NCBI GenBank assembly: GCA_965601925.1
Contig: OZ271854.1
Span: 3,392,001-3,456,000 of the forward strand
DNA from: Alkalispirochaeta sp.
Lineage (GTDB): Bacteria > Spirochaetota > Spirochaetia > DSM-27196 > Alkalispirochaetaceae
Length of the DNA: 64,000 nucleotides
Reading direction: 5' to 3'
Shown: positions 1-9,653 of the stretch, piece after piece
Position numbering within the stretch: the first letter of the stretch is position 1
How the letters are laid out: each line of letters opens with the position of its first letter
Notes under the pieces: generated by a model
Told to the model about the DNA's origin: nothing
Database searches by the model: none
Seen by the model: the letters and a program-made list of their open reading frames with translations, nothing else
Translations under genes and position numbers: made by a program

Positions 1-137
1 GCCTCCTCATCGCCGACATCGAGTGACCAGCCGTATTGCGTCGCGGCCCTTCGCAGAATCCCGTGGAGCTGTCCGTCGGGAATGCCGTCCGCCGCCAGGA
101 CGAGACGAACTATCCCATCATGTTCATCGTGGACCAT
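1..137 (-). CDS. Possible 5' part of a gene running off the window (MVHDEHDGIVRLVLAADGIPDG...)
   Basis: Open frame from ATG at 137 to the window edge, overlapping the end of the HtrA-like gene; no diagnostic motif. Confidence 0.3.
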   Translation of the reverse strand, partial: MVHDEHDGIVRLVLAADGIPDGQLHGILRRAATQYGWSLDVGDEE

Positions 138-1114
138 CGCCGCCACGGTCTCCTCCCGCGACGACCGCCTCGTGCGTTCCCGTGCGTCTCTTGGTCCGAC
201 GTCATCTCGCCGAGCGTCACCGACACGGTAGTCGGTTCTCCGGCGCGCACGATCCCGAGCGTCACCTCCTCGCCGCTCTCGCGTCCGTATAATCGGTGTG
301 CGAGGCTGTGAGGACCGTCGACCTGCTCGTCGTCGATATGCGTGATAATGTCTCCGTAACGCAGTCCCGCTTGAGCCGCCGCACTGTCGTCCCCTACCGT
401 AAGAACCACCGCCGCACTTCCCGTTTCTCCATCGCGGGGGAGGGTGATGGGCTCGGTCGTGACTCCGAGCACGCCCCGCCGACCTCGATGTGGGGGTGCG
501 CTCCCCTCCAGAATCGCCGCGATTTGATCGATCGGGAGCACGACGCTGTCGTTACCGCCCCGACCGGGAAGCGTCATACCGGTGATTGAGCCCACCGCAT
601 CGAAGACGGGGGCGCCGGCAAACCCGGGAAAGGCGGCGCTGTCGGTCTGAAAGTAGCTTCCGTCGCTTCCGATGCAGCGCACGATTCCCAGTCGCGCTTC
701 GACGCCTTCGGGAGAGGGAAACGCCACCGTTATCGCGACGCTTCCGACCTTCATATCCGACGCATTCGTGTCGGAGGACGCGGTCGATTTCAGCGCCCGA
801 ATTGCCTCGGTAAGCTCTGCGGGTGTCGACTCGGCGTCGGACGACGCAGCCTGCGGCGGTGATGACGTCAGGAGCGCCATGTTGACTCCGGGCCAAAATC
901 GTACGACGCGCCCCTCGATACCCTCTTCCGGAGCGTCGGCACGGACGATGGTGACGTGCTCACCCGCTTCGGCCTCGATGGTCGGCGTAAGATAGAGTCC
1001 ACCTCCTATGGCCACGGCACTCCGCGGTGCGGCGCCGGGGGCGCTCACCATGGCTACCGCCGGGCGCGCCGCCTCGACGAGCTCCGAGAACCCCTGTGAT
1101 AGTTCTTGCATCAT
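110..1114 (-). CDS. S1C/HtrA-like trypsin-fold + PDZ protein, catalytic triad apparently degenerate
   Basis: QTDSAAFPGFAGAPVFD matches the QTDAAINPGNSGGPL region; PDZ motifs LGV and AGLRYGDIITHID; AAAGGAGA RBS. Confidence 0.75.
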   Translation of the reverse strand: MMQELSQGFSELVEAARPAVAMVSAPGAAPRSAVAIGGGLYLTPTIEAEAGEHVTIVRADAPEEGIEGRVVRFWPGVNMALLTSSPPQAASSDAESTPAELTEAIRALKSTASSDTNASDMKVGSVAITVAFPSPEGVEARLGIVRCIGSDGSYFQTDSAAFPGFAGAPVFDAVGSITGMTLPGRGGNDSVVLPIDQIAAILEGSAPPHRGRRGVLGVTTEPITLPRDGETGSAAVVLTVGDDSAAAQAGLRYGDIITHIDDEQVDGPHSLAHRLYGRESGEEVTLGIVRAGEPTTVSVTLGEMTSDQETHGNARGGRRGRRPWRRWSTMNMMG

Positions 1115-1259
1115 GTATCATCTCCTTTCGCCCTTCCTATACCTCGATATCGAGGGGACGGCGATCCGTATGGAGAGAGGATAACGACGGCACAAAAGAG
1201 CGACACCACCCGGATGGGTGGGACCGGATACGTCGAGGGTACCGAATGGAGACGCGACC

Positions 1260-2414
1260 TCAGATGGCCAGGCGCATCTGCGTGGCGGTCTCTTCTCTCC
1301 GCTCGTCACGTTGCATGTCGGCGCCGAATCGTATTCCTACCTCCGAACACGCCTGCTCTACGTATGAAAGGTAATAGGTCCCCAGCATCGTATCCAATTG
1401 AGTCGGATTTTCCGTCTGATAGAAGTGTGCCAACGGCACTCGGCGAACGTTCCGTTCGCGCTTGGTAATGAGCTGCCGTCTACTCTCGTATCCTACCAGC
1501 CCCTTGTTGGTCACCGTTACCTGCATTTGGGGGCCCCGCTGGGGATTGTACGGATTGCCGGAGAACCGGTAGTTGAGACTGAGCAGACTGTTACTCGCCG
1601 CAGCGCGTTGGAACAGCTTCTCGCGGAACTCGGGACGGGCGAGGCGCGATGAGAGCTCATGTGGATGGGTGCGGATGTACTGATCTCGCTCGGCGAAGTT
1701 GAGAATCTGGGTTCGTTCGGCGTACTCCAGGAGCTCCATGAGCATTAATGCGATGTAGTCTGCGATCCGAAAACGGTTGGTATACATGAGTACCAGCTCC
1801 TGAATCGACCGCATGAGTTCCCGGCGGTCATGGGCGTCGGGGAGCACCGACAGGAGAAACCACGTCTCTCCGTCGATCGCGCTGATGATCTTGCGAATCA
1901 GCGCGATCCGCTCGGCGCGTTCATCCTCGCGCATGTCGCCGTCCTTCCGTATCTCCGTTACCGGTTCCAGGAGGAGACTGTGGCGGAGGACGCGAATCGA
2001 CCGCTCGTTCGTCTTGAGGTAATCCTGCATGTGGTGCGGCGAGGTCTCGGCGACGCGCTCTCGAATCAGCTCGAACGCCGAGCTCTCGCGGATGCGCTGT
2101 TTCAACTCCGGGCGAAATCGTTTCTCGAGCATCCCGATTACCGTTTGGCGCGTCACGGCCATAATAGCGCTCCGGCGAGTGAGGAACTCCGTCCGTTCGA
2201 TCTCGATTTCGTCAAGTAGTTCGTAGGCGACGAAGCGTTTCACGTTCTCCGGATCGTAGCGTCGCCATACGATGCCGCTGCCGCGATTGCCCTGCCGAGT
2301 GCGCAGCTCGCGTAGTGGAATCCGGCGGCGCGTGCAGTACTGAATGCCCGACTCGGTGAGAAGGTACTTGCCCGGTAAATCGACCATCTCGGCGCCCGGT
2401 ATTTGCGCAGCCAC
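1260..2414 (-). CDS. Hypothetical protein, C-terminus weakly anti-sigma kinase (HATPase)-like
   Basis: 384 aa ORF starting 3 bp after the STAS gene; LMELLEYAE, VTVTNKG and LGTYYL resemble degenerate N/G1/G2 boxes. Confidence 0.6.
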   Translation of the reverse strand: MAAQIPGAEMVDLPGKYLLTESGIQYCTRRRIPLRELRTRQGNRGSGIVWRRYDPENVKRFVAYELLDEIEIERTEFLTRRSAIMAVTRQTVIGMLEKRFRPELKQRIRESSAFELIRERVAETSPHHMQDYLKTNERSIRVLRHSLLLEPVTEIRKDGDMREDERAERIALIRKIISAIDGETWFLLSVLPDAHDRRELMRSIQELVLMYTNRFRIADYIALMLMELLEYAERTQILNFAERDQYIRTHPHELSSRLARPEFREKLFQRAAASNSLLSLNYRFSGNPYNPQRGPQMQVTVTNKGLVGYESRRQLITKRERNVRRVPLAHFYQTENPTQLDTMLGTYYLSYVEQACSEVGIRFGADMQRDERREETATQMRLAI

Positions 2415-2417
2415 GGG

Positions 2418-2786
2418 TCACGCCCCGTTAAGAGCGGTGTGAATCGCCGCGATGCTCTCCGCCTCCGTATCGTCGATCGAGAAGGCCGAAACCAGATTGG
2501 TGAAGGTTAACACGTCGCGAACCGTGTTCGACATTTGGCAGAGGCGCATCGGGAGGCGCTCGGAGAGGCGGTAGTGGAGGTTGACGAATACCCCGACGCC
2601 CGAGCTGTCGATGTAGGGCACGTCGGCAAATGAGAAGATCATCCCCCTCGGGCGGTTCGTATCGACCCACTCCATGATGCTCGATCGAATCGTTTCGGCC
2701 TGGTACAGCTCGATACGATCGAGAAAACGAACGATTCCGATACCGTCGACATCCTCGATTTCAAATAGGGAATCGCTGTGGCTCAT
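2418..2786 (-). CDS. STAS-domain anti-sigma factor antagonist
   Basis: VPYIDSSGVGVF motif with phosphorylatable Ser; start taken at ATG 2786. Confidence 0.85.
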   Translation of the reverse strand: MSHSDSLFEIEDVDGIGIVRFLDRIELYQAETIRSSIMEWVDTNRPRGMIFSFADVPYIDSSGVGVFVNLHYRLSERLPMRLCQMSNTVRDVLTFTNLVSAFSIDDTEAESIAAIHTALNGA

Positions 2787-2952
2787 ATTGCAACGGTGGC
2801 AGGGGATTGTCAGTTTTTCGTCAGGACGCTCCATCTGCCGCACGGCGGGTGAACCGACGGAACGATAACCACTCCCCCGGCCTCTTCATCGGAGACGTGC
2901 ACAGAGAGGCGGTCGCCCTAAACTGGCCGTGCGTCCCGTTGTCGGGATGGTG

Positions 2953-3762
2953 TCATGCTCCCGCAGCGCTCCCGGGCGACGAGCTTTTGAGAAAGCGCGA
3001 CAGTACCGGCAGGAGAGCCTTCGCGTTCACCATATGATCTTGCCCGGCGAGTCGCTCGAGTCGCGAACCGGGGATCGCCTGCGCCAGTTGGTCTGCAACG
3101 CGGTGAATTGACGCGGGGCTCTTCTCTCCCACGACGATTTGTGTCGGTACGGTGAGCGTTGCGGCCCGCTCCACCGGCGGAAGGTCTTTGGTAAGGGCGA
3201 TGTCGTAGGCGAGCGTGGGCGCCAAGGCACGCATCGTCTTCCAACCGGGGAAGAGGGGCAGGAGCCACGCAAATAGACGGGGCATGCCGATTCCTATGAG
3301 GAATGTGCGCAGCGCCTTTGCAGGCGTACCGGCGTTGAGGAGGGCGTGCACCTCGCGGCTCAACTCGTCATAGCTCCGTCGTTCCGCTTCGTCGTGAACG
3401 TACGACGGGTCGTAGACTACGACCCGTTCGACCGAGCCGCTGAGGCGCAAGGCGGCCTCAAGAGCCAAGACGGCGCCCGACGAGTGGCCGTAGAGGTACG
3501 CCGTGCCGCCGGCGGCCTCGATCATTGCTTCGATGTCTTCGATTTCGCGCTCCAGTGCGTAGGGCGGCGTATCTCCGCTGTCGCCGCGCCCCCGACGGTC
3601 GTAGTTGTAGACGGTAAACTCCGAGGCAAAGGCAAGAGCGTCCTCGCGGATCGGAGCGTATGAGCGGAAACAGGTTGCTCCGGCAATGTAGATGAGGGGC
3701 GGTCCATCGCCGAACGTGTCGTAGGCCAGGATCGTTCCATCTTTCGATCGCGTCGTCTCCAT
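2953..3762 (-). CDS. Alpha/beta fold hydrolase
   Basis: YDRRGRGDS, nucleophile elbow GHSSG, GQDH; AAGGAGG RBS. Confidence 0.9.
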   Translation of the reverse strand: METTRSKDGTILAYDTFGDGPPLIYIAGATCFRSYAPIREDALAFASEFTVYNYDRRGRGDSGDTPPYALEREIEDIEAMIEAAGGTAYLYGHSSGAVLALEAALRLSGSVERVVVYDPSYVHDEAERRSYDELSREVHALLNAGTPAKALRTFLIGIGMPRLFAWLLPLFPGWKTMRALAPTLAYDIALTKDLPPVERAATLTVPTQIVVGEKSPASIHRVADQLAQAIPGSRLERLAGQDHMVNAKALLPVLSRFLKSSSPGSAAGA

Positions 3763-3795
3763 AGTTGTGCCTCCTTATGAACGCTCGCATTCTGA

Positions 3796-3822
3796 AAATG
3801 AACTGGACGGTCCAGTTCATTT
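3796..3822. promoter_or_regulatory. Probable TetR operator, perfect palindrome AAATGAACTGGAC-G-GTCCAGTTCATTT
   Basis: 13 bp perfect arms between the divergent hydrolase and TetR genes; weaker related site near 3832-3850. Confidence 0.8.
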
Positions 3823-3889
3823 GCTTGAATCAAACTACACCGTCTGGTACTATTCGTCAACGAAAAACATGCAATCGGAAGAGAAGCGT

Positions 3890-4534
3890 ATGAAAGACGA
3901 AGGAGTTCCCGCGCTCACGGGGCGCTCGGCCCGAAAACACCGCGCGATACTGGAAGCCGCTACGGATATTTTTCTCGCAAAGGGATATCGCGACACGAGC
4001 ATGGACGAGGTGGCCGCCGGCTCCGGCGTCTCGAAGCAGACGGTCTACAAGCACTTTTCGAGTAAGGAGGCGCTCTTCATCGAGATCGTAGAGCGCATGG
4101 CCCTCTCTACGGGCGATCGTGTGCTTGCGACGATCGCTCGCTCGGACGACGGACCGACGGATATCGCCGACGTTCTCTACAGCTATGCCCTGCGTCAACT
4201 TCAAGAGGTGCTCAAACCGCGACTCCTTCAGCTTCGCCGGGTCGTTATAGGGGAGGCGGGGCGCTTCCCCGAGCTCGCACGGAGCTTCTACGAGAACGGA
4301 CCTCAACGGGCGATCGATGCTATTGCGGGTTTGCTGCGCGACGCCGACTCACGGGGATTCCTCAGGATCGAGGATACCGACGCCGCGGCGGCGCAGTTTA
4401 ACTGGCTTCTCATGGGCGAGCCGCTCAATCGAGCCATGTTTCTTGCCGACGCATCGATTCCGAGCGAGGATGGCATGAGACGCAAGGCGCGCGCCGCCGT
4501 TCGGGTGATGATCGCGGCGTACGCCGTGGGCTGA
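3890..4534 (+). CDS. TetR/AcrR family regulator (start 3869 or 3890)
   Basis: ILEAATDIFLAKGYRDTSMDEVAAGSGVSKQTVYKHFSSKEALF HTH. Confidence 0.92.
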   Translation: MKDEGVPALTGRSARKHRAILEAATDIFLAKGYRDTSMDEVAAGSGVSKQTVYKHFSSKEALFIEIVERMALSTGDRVLATIARSDDGPTDIADVLYSYALRQLQEVLKPRLLQLRRVVIGEAGRFPELARSFYENGPQRAIDAIAGLLRDADSRGFLRIEDTDAAAAQFNWLLMGEPLNRAMFLADASIPSEDGMRRKARAAVRVMIAAYAVG

Positions 4535-4712
4535 GAAACGCCCTGAGCACAAACGGCTCTTCGATGTCGGCGGCGCATCTACGGGGAGCTCCGTAGAGTA
4601 TGTTCACCCGGGTACGATATCATTCGTCGCGGCGCATCACCCGTGTTCCTCTCCGCACGCCTCGGACCGCCGACGATCTTGGACAAGCAGTACGGTGTGA
4701 GTACGATGTCGT

Positions 4713-5549
4713 ATGGGACCGGTCGAGAAGGCGTTGTGGTTCGTCGAGAGCCACTCGCGCGAACCTATTACGCTCGATACTATATCTCAGGCGTGCGGTG
4801 TATCGAAGTTTCATCTTTCGAGGGCGTTCACGGCGGTCACCGGATCGCCCATCATGCGATACCTTCGGAGTCGACGCCTGAGTATAGCGGCCCACAGGCT
4901 CGCCGACGGGGCGTCCGATATTCTGGACGTCGCCCTTGAAGCCGGCTACGCCTCCCATGAGGCGTTTACCCGGGCGTTTCATAGCCAGTTCGGCATCGTG
5001 CCGGAACGGGTTCGGTCACGCGGGACCACCTACGGCATCGACCTCACCGAAGCGATGAGCGTCCCGAGAGACGGCAATTCCGATATCGCCGATCCCGTTC
5101 TCACGCCCGTCGAGGGACTTCTGCTGGCCGGGACGAGCGCGCGCTACTCCCACAGCGCACCGGGCGGCATCCCCGGCCAGTGGCAGCGCTTTGCGACGTA
5201 TATAGCGAGTATACCCGGGCGAATCGGTGAGGATGCCTACGGCGCCGGCTATGACTTTGATGAGGAGGGGTGTTACTCCTATCTATGCGGTGTTGCAATC
5301 GCCGGTGATACTGCAGTGCCGCGCGAGTTCAGCCTCGTCGAGGTACCGAGCCAGTGGTATGCGGTTTTTACCCACAAAGACCACATCGGCGGGATCGGCG
5401 GCTCATACGCTGCGATCTGGCGGGACTGGGTTCCGGAACGGGCCTTCTCCATTGCCGACGCCCCTACGATCGAGCGCTACACGCCGAGCTTCGACGCGAC
5501 GACCGGGCGGGGAGGCGTGGAGATCCGGATTCCCCTCGACCGTGCCTGA
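4713..5549 (+). CDS. AraC family regulator with GyrI-like effector domain
   Basis: SKFHLSRAF and GYASHEAFTRAF HTHs; C-terminal IWRDWVP...IERY...VEIRIP. Confidence 0.9.
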   Translation: MGPVEKALWFVESHSREPITLDTISQACGVSKFHLSRAFTAVTGSPIMRYLRSRRLSIAAHRLADGASDILDVALEAGYASHEAFTRAFHSQFGIVPERVRSRGTTYGIDLTEAMSVPRDGNSDIADPVLTPVEGLLLAGTSARYSHSAPGGIPGQWQRFATYIASIPGRIGEDAYGAGYDFDEEGCYSYLCGVAIAGDTAVPREFSLVEVPSQWYAVFTHKDHIGGIGGSYAAIWRDWVPERAFSIADAPTIERYTPSFDATTGRGGVEIRIPLDRA

Positions 5550-5598
5550 CCGTGCGTTCCGCACCGCTTGCCATCGTCGCACGATCGAACGCGATCGA

Positions 5599-5985
5599 TC
5601 ATAGCCGGATCACATACGACGTCACGGACCGCACCGTATTCGCTTTCGTATTCTTGAAGGCGTAAACCTCGCAGAAGGCCTGCCTCTCCCCGTTCCCGAG
5701 TCGGCGCTCACCGTTGACGGCTCCCTCCCTGCCGTGGGTGATGATCTCGTACACGACGAGCTCCCCTATCTCGGACGCCCTCAGCACTCGGAAGGCCTCA
5801 AGAACGGCCGACGCGCCCGCTACGGTTTTATCGCCGACCACATCAAGGCGGATATCGTCCGTGACATTCTCGGCGATGAAATCCAGATTTCCCTCGGCGT
5901 ATGCGATGTGCCAGTCTCTGAGGAACCGCTTTCTCGGCGAAGGGCCGATATCGGCGTGGACGGCAATGTTCGGCATGAGATTCAC
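5599..5985 (-). CDS. SnoaL-like/NTF2 family protein
   Basis: 128 aa; VTDDIRLDVVGDKTVAG and ITHGREGAVNG pattern. Confidence 0.7.
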   Translation of the reverse strand: MNLMPNIAVHADIGPSPRKRFLRDWHIAYAEGNLDFIAENVTDDIRLDVVGDKTVAGASAVLEAFRVLRASEIGELVVYEIITHGREGAVNGERRLGNGERQAFCEVYAFKNTKANTVRSVTSYVIRL

Positions 5986-6052
5986 CCCCTTGTATTGAAC
6001 GACGAGCGTCTCGCGGATTTCGCGCAGAGGACGGGGACCATGGGGCGATAGC

Positions 6053-7039
6053 TCACGCTACCGGCTCCGCTTTTTGCCGCAGGTTGTTGAAGACCTTCCG
6101 GGGAACCCGCAGGCGCTCATCTTCGCCGTACAGCCTCGCAAGTTCGTCAAACCGTTCATCGGGCGAGCGCGTCAGCGCCGCAAGGCGGTCGTAGAAAGCG
6201 AGATCCTCTTCCGAGAACGTAATCTGCGCTCCGGGCGCGGCGCCCCACACGTCCCACGGGAGCATCTCCATCTTGTTCAACGCCGCCGCGTCGCGCACGA
6301 GGTTTCCGGCGATGAACCACAAGCCCCGCAAGCCCTCGTAGAAGCTGATTCCGAAGTGTTCGGGGTCCGCATGATCCTCGCGACAGCGCGTCCAGGCGTC
6401 GGCGGCGACGAGGAACCGTTCCCTCGATACATCGAGCACGTCCCAGTCGACTGCCAGCTTCTCTCGCCACACCTCGTCTAACTGGGCATCCACAACCACC
6501 CAGCGCGCCTGGTTCTCGTTCCAGTATTCGCACACCCAGTGATCTTCGTAGTGTCCGGAGCTGGTCGCAATCCTGACGGATTGCTGCTCGCCTCGGACGC
6601 GTACCGCAGAACTTGTCGAGGAACGCGTCCATGTGCGGCCGGGGCTGAAGTAGGTGGAAAAACCGCATCGGGCCCGTGCCGGGATTTCCTTGGCGCGGAG
6701 CATCGTCACGATGAGCTTGGTGAAGGCGTGGCACCGGCATCCGATCCTTTTGTCCGGCCCGCGGCGTGAGGAGAGCGGGCGGTCGTCGACGGCGACTATT
6801 CGATCGAACATCTCCCTTGCGGCGCGTACGTGGATGTCGGCGGCGCGCTCCTCAGAAAGAGCCACACCGTAGAAATCCCCCGCCACGACATCGTATATCC
6901 CGAGATGGTGCACAATCCGCACCATCTGCTCCACATCGACGGGAAGGTCCCGTAGCCGCGCGGCGTGTCCGCCCGCATCGGTCAGCGGACCGGGCGTCGC
7001 GTAGTAGTCGAGAATCCTCTTACGAGTCGTTATGTCCAT
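6053..7039 (-). CDS. Transglutaminase-like domain protein with an internal 28 aa insertion
   Basis: GCRCHAF, IPARARCGFSTYF, EDHWVCEYW, WVVVDAQ (Cys-His-Asp); GGAGGG RBS. Confidence 0.85.
   Translation of the reverse strand: MDITTRKRILDYYATPGPLTDAGGHAARLRDLPVDVEQMVRIVHHLGIYDVVAGDFYGVALSEERAADIHVRAAREMFDRIVAVDDRPLSSRRGPDKRIGCRCHAFTKLIVTMLRAKEIPARARCGFSTYFSPGRTWTRSSTSSAVRVRGEQQSVRIATSSGHYEDHWVCEYWNENQARWVVVDAQLDEVWREKLAVDWDVLDVSRERFLVAADAWTRCREDHADPEHFGISFYEGLRGLWFIAGNLVRDAAALNKMEMLPWDVWGAAPGAQITFSEEDLAFYDRLAALTRSPDERFDELARLYGEDERLRVPRKVFNNLRQKAEPVA
6555..6647. repeat. 84 bp in-frame insertion flanked by imperfect 9 bp direct repeats, containing two inverted repeats
   Basis: CCGGAGCTG at 6555 and CCGGGGCTG at 6639; GCAATCC-TGAC-GGATTGC at 6567-6584; GGACGCGT...ACGCGTCC at 6595-6630. 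Confidence 0.6.
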
Positions 7040-7178
7040 ACCGGCCCTCCTCGATTCGATACGTGCCCACAGTAACAGTCATCGGCGGCTCTCGTTTGAT
7101 AGTTCTTGCTCTTTTCGTAGTGGATCGTCGCGTTGCAAACGGCCCGACGATTGTGGCGTATACGTCTCCTCGGTCGAC

Positions 7179-7227
7179 TTGACATTGTCTCTTGCCGACC
7201 TTATAGTACCAATTAGTTCTGGTACTA
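7179..7227 (+). promoter_or_regulatory. Sigma70 promoter with overlapping ArsR-type operator
   Basis: TTGACA (7179)-N17-TATAGT (7202); palindrome TAGTACCA-N8-TGGTACTA at 7204-7227. Confidence 0.8.
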
Positions 7228-7238
7228 GGAGGTTCTAT

Positions 7239-7574
7239 ATGGTTGATACGCTCGATGCGACGTTCTCGGCCCTTGCGAATGCCACTCGTCGTGCCATTCT
7301 TGCCCGCTTGCGGGAGGGAGATGCCTCGGTCGCGGAGCTCGCCGGGCCCTTCTCGATGACCGTGCGGGCCGTTTCGAAGCACATTGCGGTCTTAGAAGCG
7401 GCGGGTCTTATCACAAAGCGCGTCGACGGCCAGCGTAGAGTGAGCACGATCCGTCTGGAGCCGATGCGCAGGGTCGATGTGTGGCTTACGGAGTATCGCC
7501 GCGTGTGGGAGCACCGTTTCGATGCTCTCGAAGAACAGCTGTCCTACGAGAAAGGAGAGGGCGATGAACACTGA
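7239..7574 (+). CDS. ArsR/SmtB family regulator
   Basis: FSALANATRRAIL...VSKHIAVLEAAGLI; AGGAGG RBS before ATG 7239. Confidence 0.9.
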   Translation: MVDTLDATFSALANATRRAILARLREGDASVAELAGPFSMTVRAVSKHIAVLEAAGLITKRVDGQRRVSTIRLEPMRRVDVWLTEYRRVWEHRFDALEEQLSYEKGEGDEH

Positions 7575-8073
7575 TAGGTACGCCGATACGCACACGATCC
7601 ATATCGAGCGGAGCTTCGCCGCGGCCCGAGAGCGTGTGTTTCGATACTGGGTCGACGCGGAAGCGATGCGTCTCTGGTTTGCACCGAAGGGCTACACGAC
7701 GATATCGACGAGCGTCGACGCGCGACCGGGCGGGAGCTGGGACATTCGTTTTCGGTCGGATTCTCACCCCGACGAAGTGTACGACGAGTTCGGTATCTTT
7801 CGCGAGATTATCGCTCCCGCGCGTGTCGTGTTTACCTTGACTCAGCGGGATCGCCACGGCAATGCGGGTCCCGAGACGATGGTCACCGTCGAGTTGACCG
7901 ATACGGGAACCGGCACGCATATGCGCTTTACTCAAACGGGATTCGACTCAATTACCGTACGGGACGCCCATATCGTGGGTCTACACAGCTGTTTCGATAA
8001 GATCGACTTCGATCTTGCCCGTCGTGGAGTAACGGTGTCGGGCGGGCCGTCGGGCCCGGAGGGCCAGCAATGA
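7564..8073 (+). CDS. SRPBCC/AHSA1-like ligand-binding protein
   Basis: IERSFAAARERVF...VDARPGGSW...ETMVTVEL; usual partner of ArsR. Confidence 0.85.
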   Translation: MNTDRYADTHTIHIERSFAAARERVFRYWVDAEAMRLWFAPKGYTTISTSVDARPGGSWDIRFRSDSHPDEVYDEFGIFREIIAPARVVFTLTQRDRHGNAGPETMVTVELTDTGTGTHMRFTQTGFDSITVRDAHIVGLHSCFDKIDFDLARRGVTVSGGPSGPEGQQ

Positions 8074-9500
8074 CCGACAAGATCATCGAAGGAACGAGGA
8101 ACGGCGAACCGCGTCGCCGGTTGGTTCTTGGGCTTCTGTGTACCGCATTCTTCACCGTCGTGACCGATTCGACGAGTGTGTTTACGGCGCTCCCGTCGAT
8201 CCAAAGCGATGTCGACTTCAACGGTTTGGGCGTCCACTGGGTGGTTACCGCGTTTGCTCTGACCTCCGGAGGCTTTTTGTTGCTGGGAGGGAGGCTCTCC
8301 GACCACCTGGGGCGAAGGCGCATGTTCTTGTGTGGAACGGGAATCTTCGCGGCGGCGTCGTTTCTGTGCGGGGTCGCGTGGTCGCCGGTGGTGTTGATTC
8401 TCGCCCGCGCCGTACAAGGTGCGGCGGGAGCGATCACTACGCCGGCGGCCCTCTCCATTCTACTGCGAACCTTCCCCGACGGGCCGAGCCGTAACAGGGC
8501 GCTCGGTATCTGGGGCGCCTTGGGTGGGATTGGAGCCACTGCGGGTCTATTGCTGGGCGGACCGGTTACGGAGTTCCTCGGGTGGGAGTGGATCTTCTTC
8601 GTCAACATACCTTTGGGAATCGCGGTTCTCATCGCGGGACGACTGGTGCTGGAGCCCGACGAACGGCGATCGCGCGAGACGCCTCGCTTCGATATAGCGG
8701 GAGCGCTCGCGGTTACCGGCGCACTCACCGTACTCGTTCATACCATCGTCGGTATTCCGCGCTACGGCTTGTCCGACACACGCACCCTCGGCGGGGGAGT
8801 CGCATGCGCGTTGTTGTTCGGTCTCTTCGTACACATCGAACGTCGGTCGGCGGCGCCCCTCGTGCCGTTTCGAATCTTCAGCTCACCGGTTCTGGTCGGC
8901 GGAAACGTGGTCGTGCTGGTTGCCGGTATGGCCGTCGACGGGATGTTGTACCTCTTCACCGTCTATTCCCAAGCCGTGTTGGGATACTCGGCGTTGCAGT
9001 TCGGCCTTACGATGACCGTCATGACCGGCTCGTCCGTCGTCGCCGTCTATCTCGGCCAGGAACTCGTGAGCAGATTCGGGTTTCGAGTCGTCGCCTCAGT
9101 CGGTATGGGCCTTCTCAGCCTCGCGTCTCTCCTTCTTGCCCGTTCGGCGGAACGAGGTGGGGCGGCCGCAGTTCCCGCGCTCCTCATTTTCGGCATCGGC
9201 ATGGGAGCCGCCTTCGTCGCGTCTCAAATCGCCGCGCTGAGCGACGTCGCCCCATCCGACGAGGGGCTCGCGGCGGGGATCGAGGAGACGTCCTTTGCAA
9301 TCGGTAGCCCCCTGGGGGTGGCGGTCGTCGCAGCCGTCTCTCGTACCTATGCCGATCGACCCGACGGATCGAACCTATCCGGCGTGACCGACGGGTTCGT
9401 CGTAGCCTTTGCCGCCGTTGCGCTTCTCACGACTATCGGACTCGTCGTGGCGACCCTACCCTTGAAACGAAGCACGACGATCTCCTCGACGAATCGATAG
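8070..9500 (+). CDS. MFS drug:H+ antiporter (DHA2-like)
   Basis: GGRLSDHLGRRR, LARAVQG, LGWEWIFFVNIPLG; many hydrophobic segments. Confidence 0.92.
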   Translation: MTDKIIEGTRNGEPRRRLVLGLLCTAFFTVVTDSTSVFTALPSIQSDVDFNGLGVHWVVTAFALTSGGFLLLGGRLSDHLGRRRMFLCGTGIFAAASFLCGVAWSPVVLILARAVQGAAGAITTPAALSILLRTFPDGPSRNRALGIWGALGGIGATAGLLLGGPVTEFLGWEWIFFVNIPLGIAVLIAGRLVLEPDERRSRETPRFDIAGALAVTGALTVLVHTIVGIPRYGLSDTRTLGGGVACALLFGLFVHIERRSAAPLVPFRIFSSPVLVGGNVVVLVAGMAVDGMLYLFTVYSQAVLGYSALQFGLTMTVMTGSSVVAVYLGQELVSRFGFRVVASVGMGLLSLASLLLARSAERGGAAAVPALLIFGIGMGAAFVASQIAALSDVAPSDEGLAAGIEETSFAIGSPLGVAVVAAVSRTYADRPDGSNLSGVTDGFVVAFAAVALLTTIGLVVATLPLKRSTTISSTNR

Positions 9501-9625
9501 CGCCCGTAGCGCGCGGTCGCGGTGCGCCCGCTGCACGCGCCGCGATCGCCGCCGACGGGCCGGTCGCACCTCCTGCGTTCGGGTCGAGCCCAACCTCGAG
9601 ATTCTCCGCTTTCAGTCCGACGCAG

Positions 9626-9653
9626 TAAGATGCACCAACTAAGATGCACCAAC
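9626..9653. repeat. Perfect 14 bp tandem duplication TAAGATGCACCAAC x2
   Basis: Read directly in the intergenic region. Confidence 0.85.
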
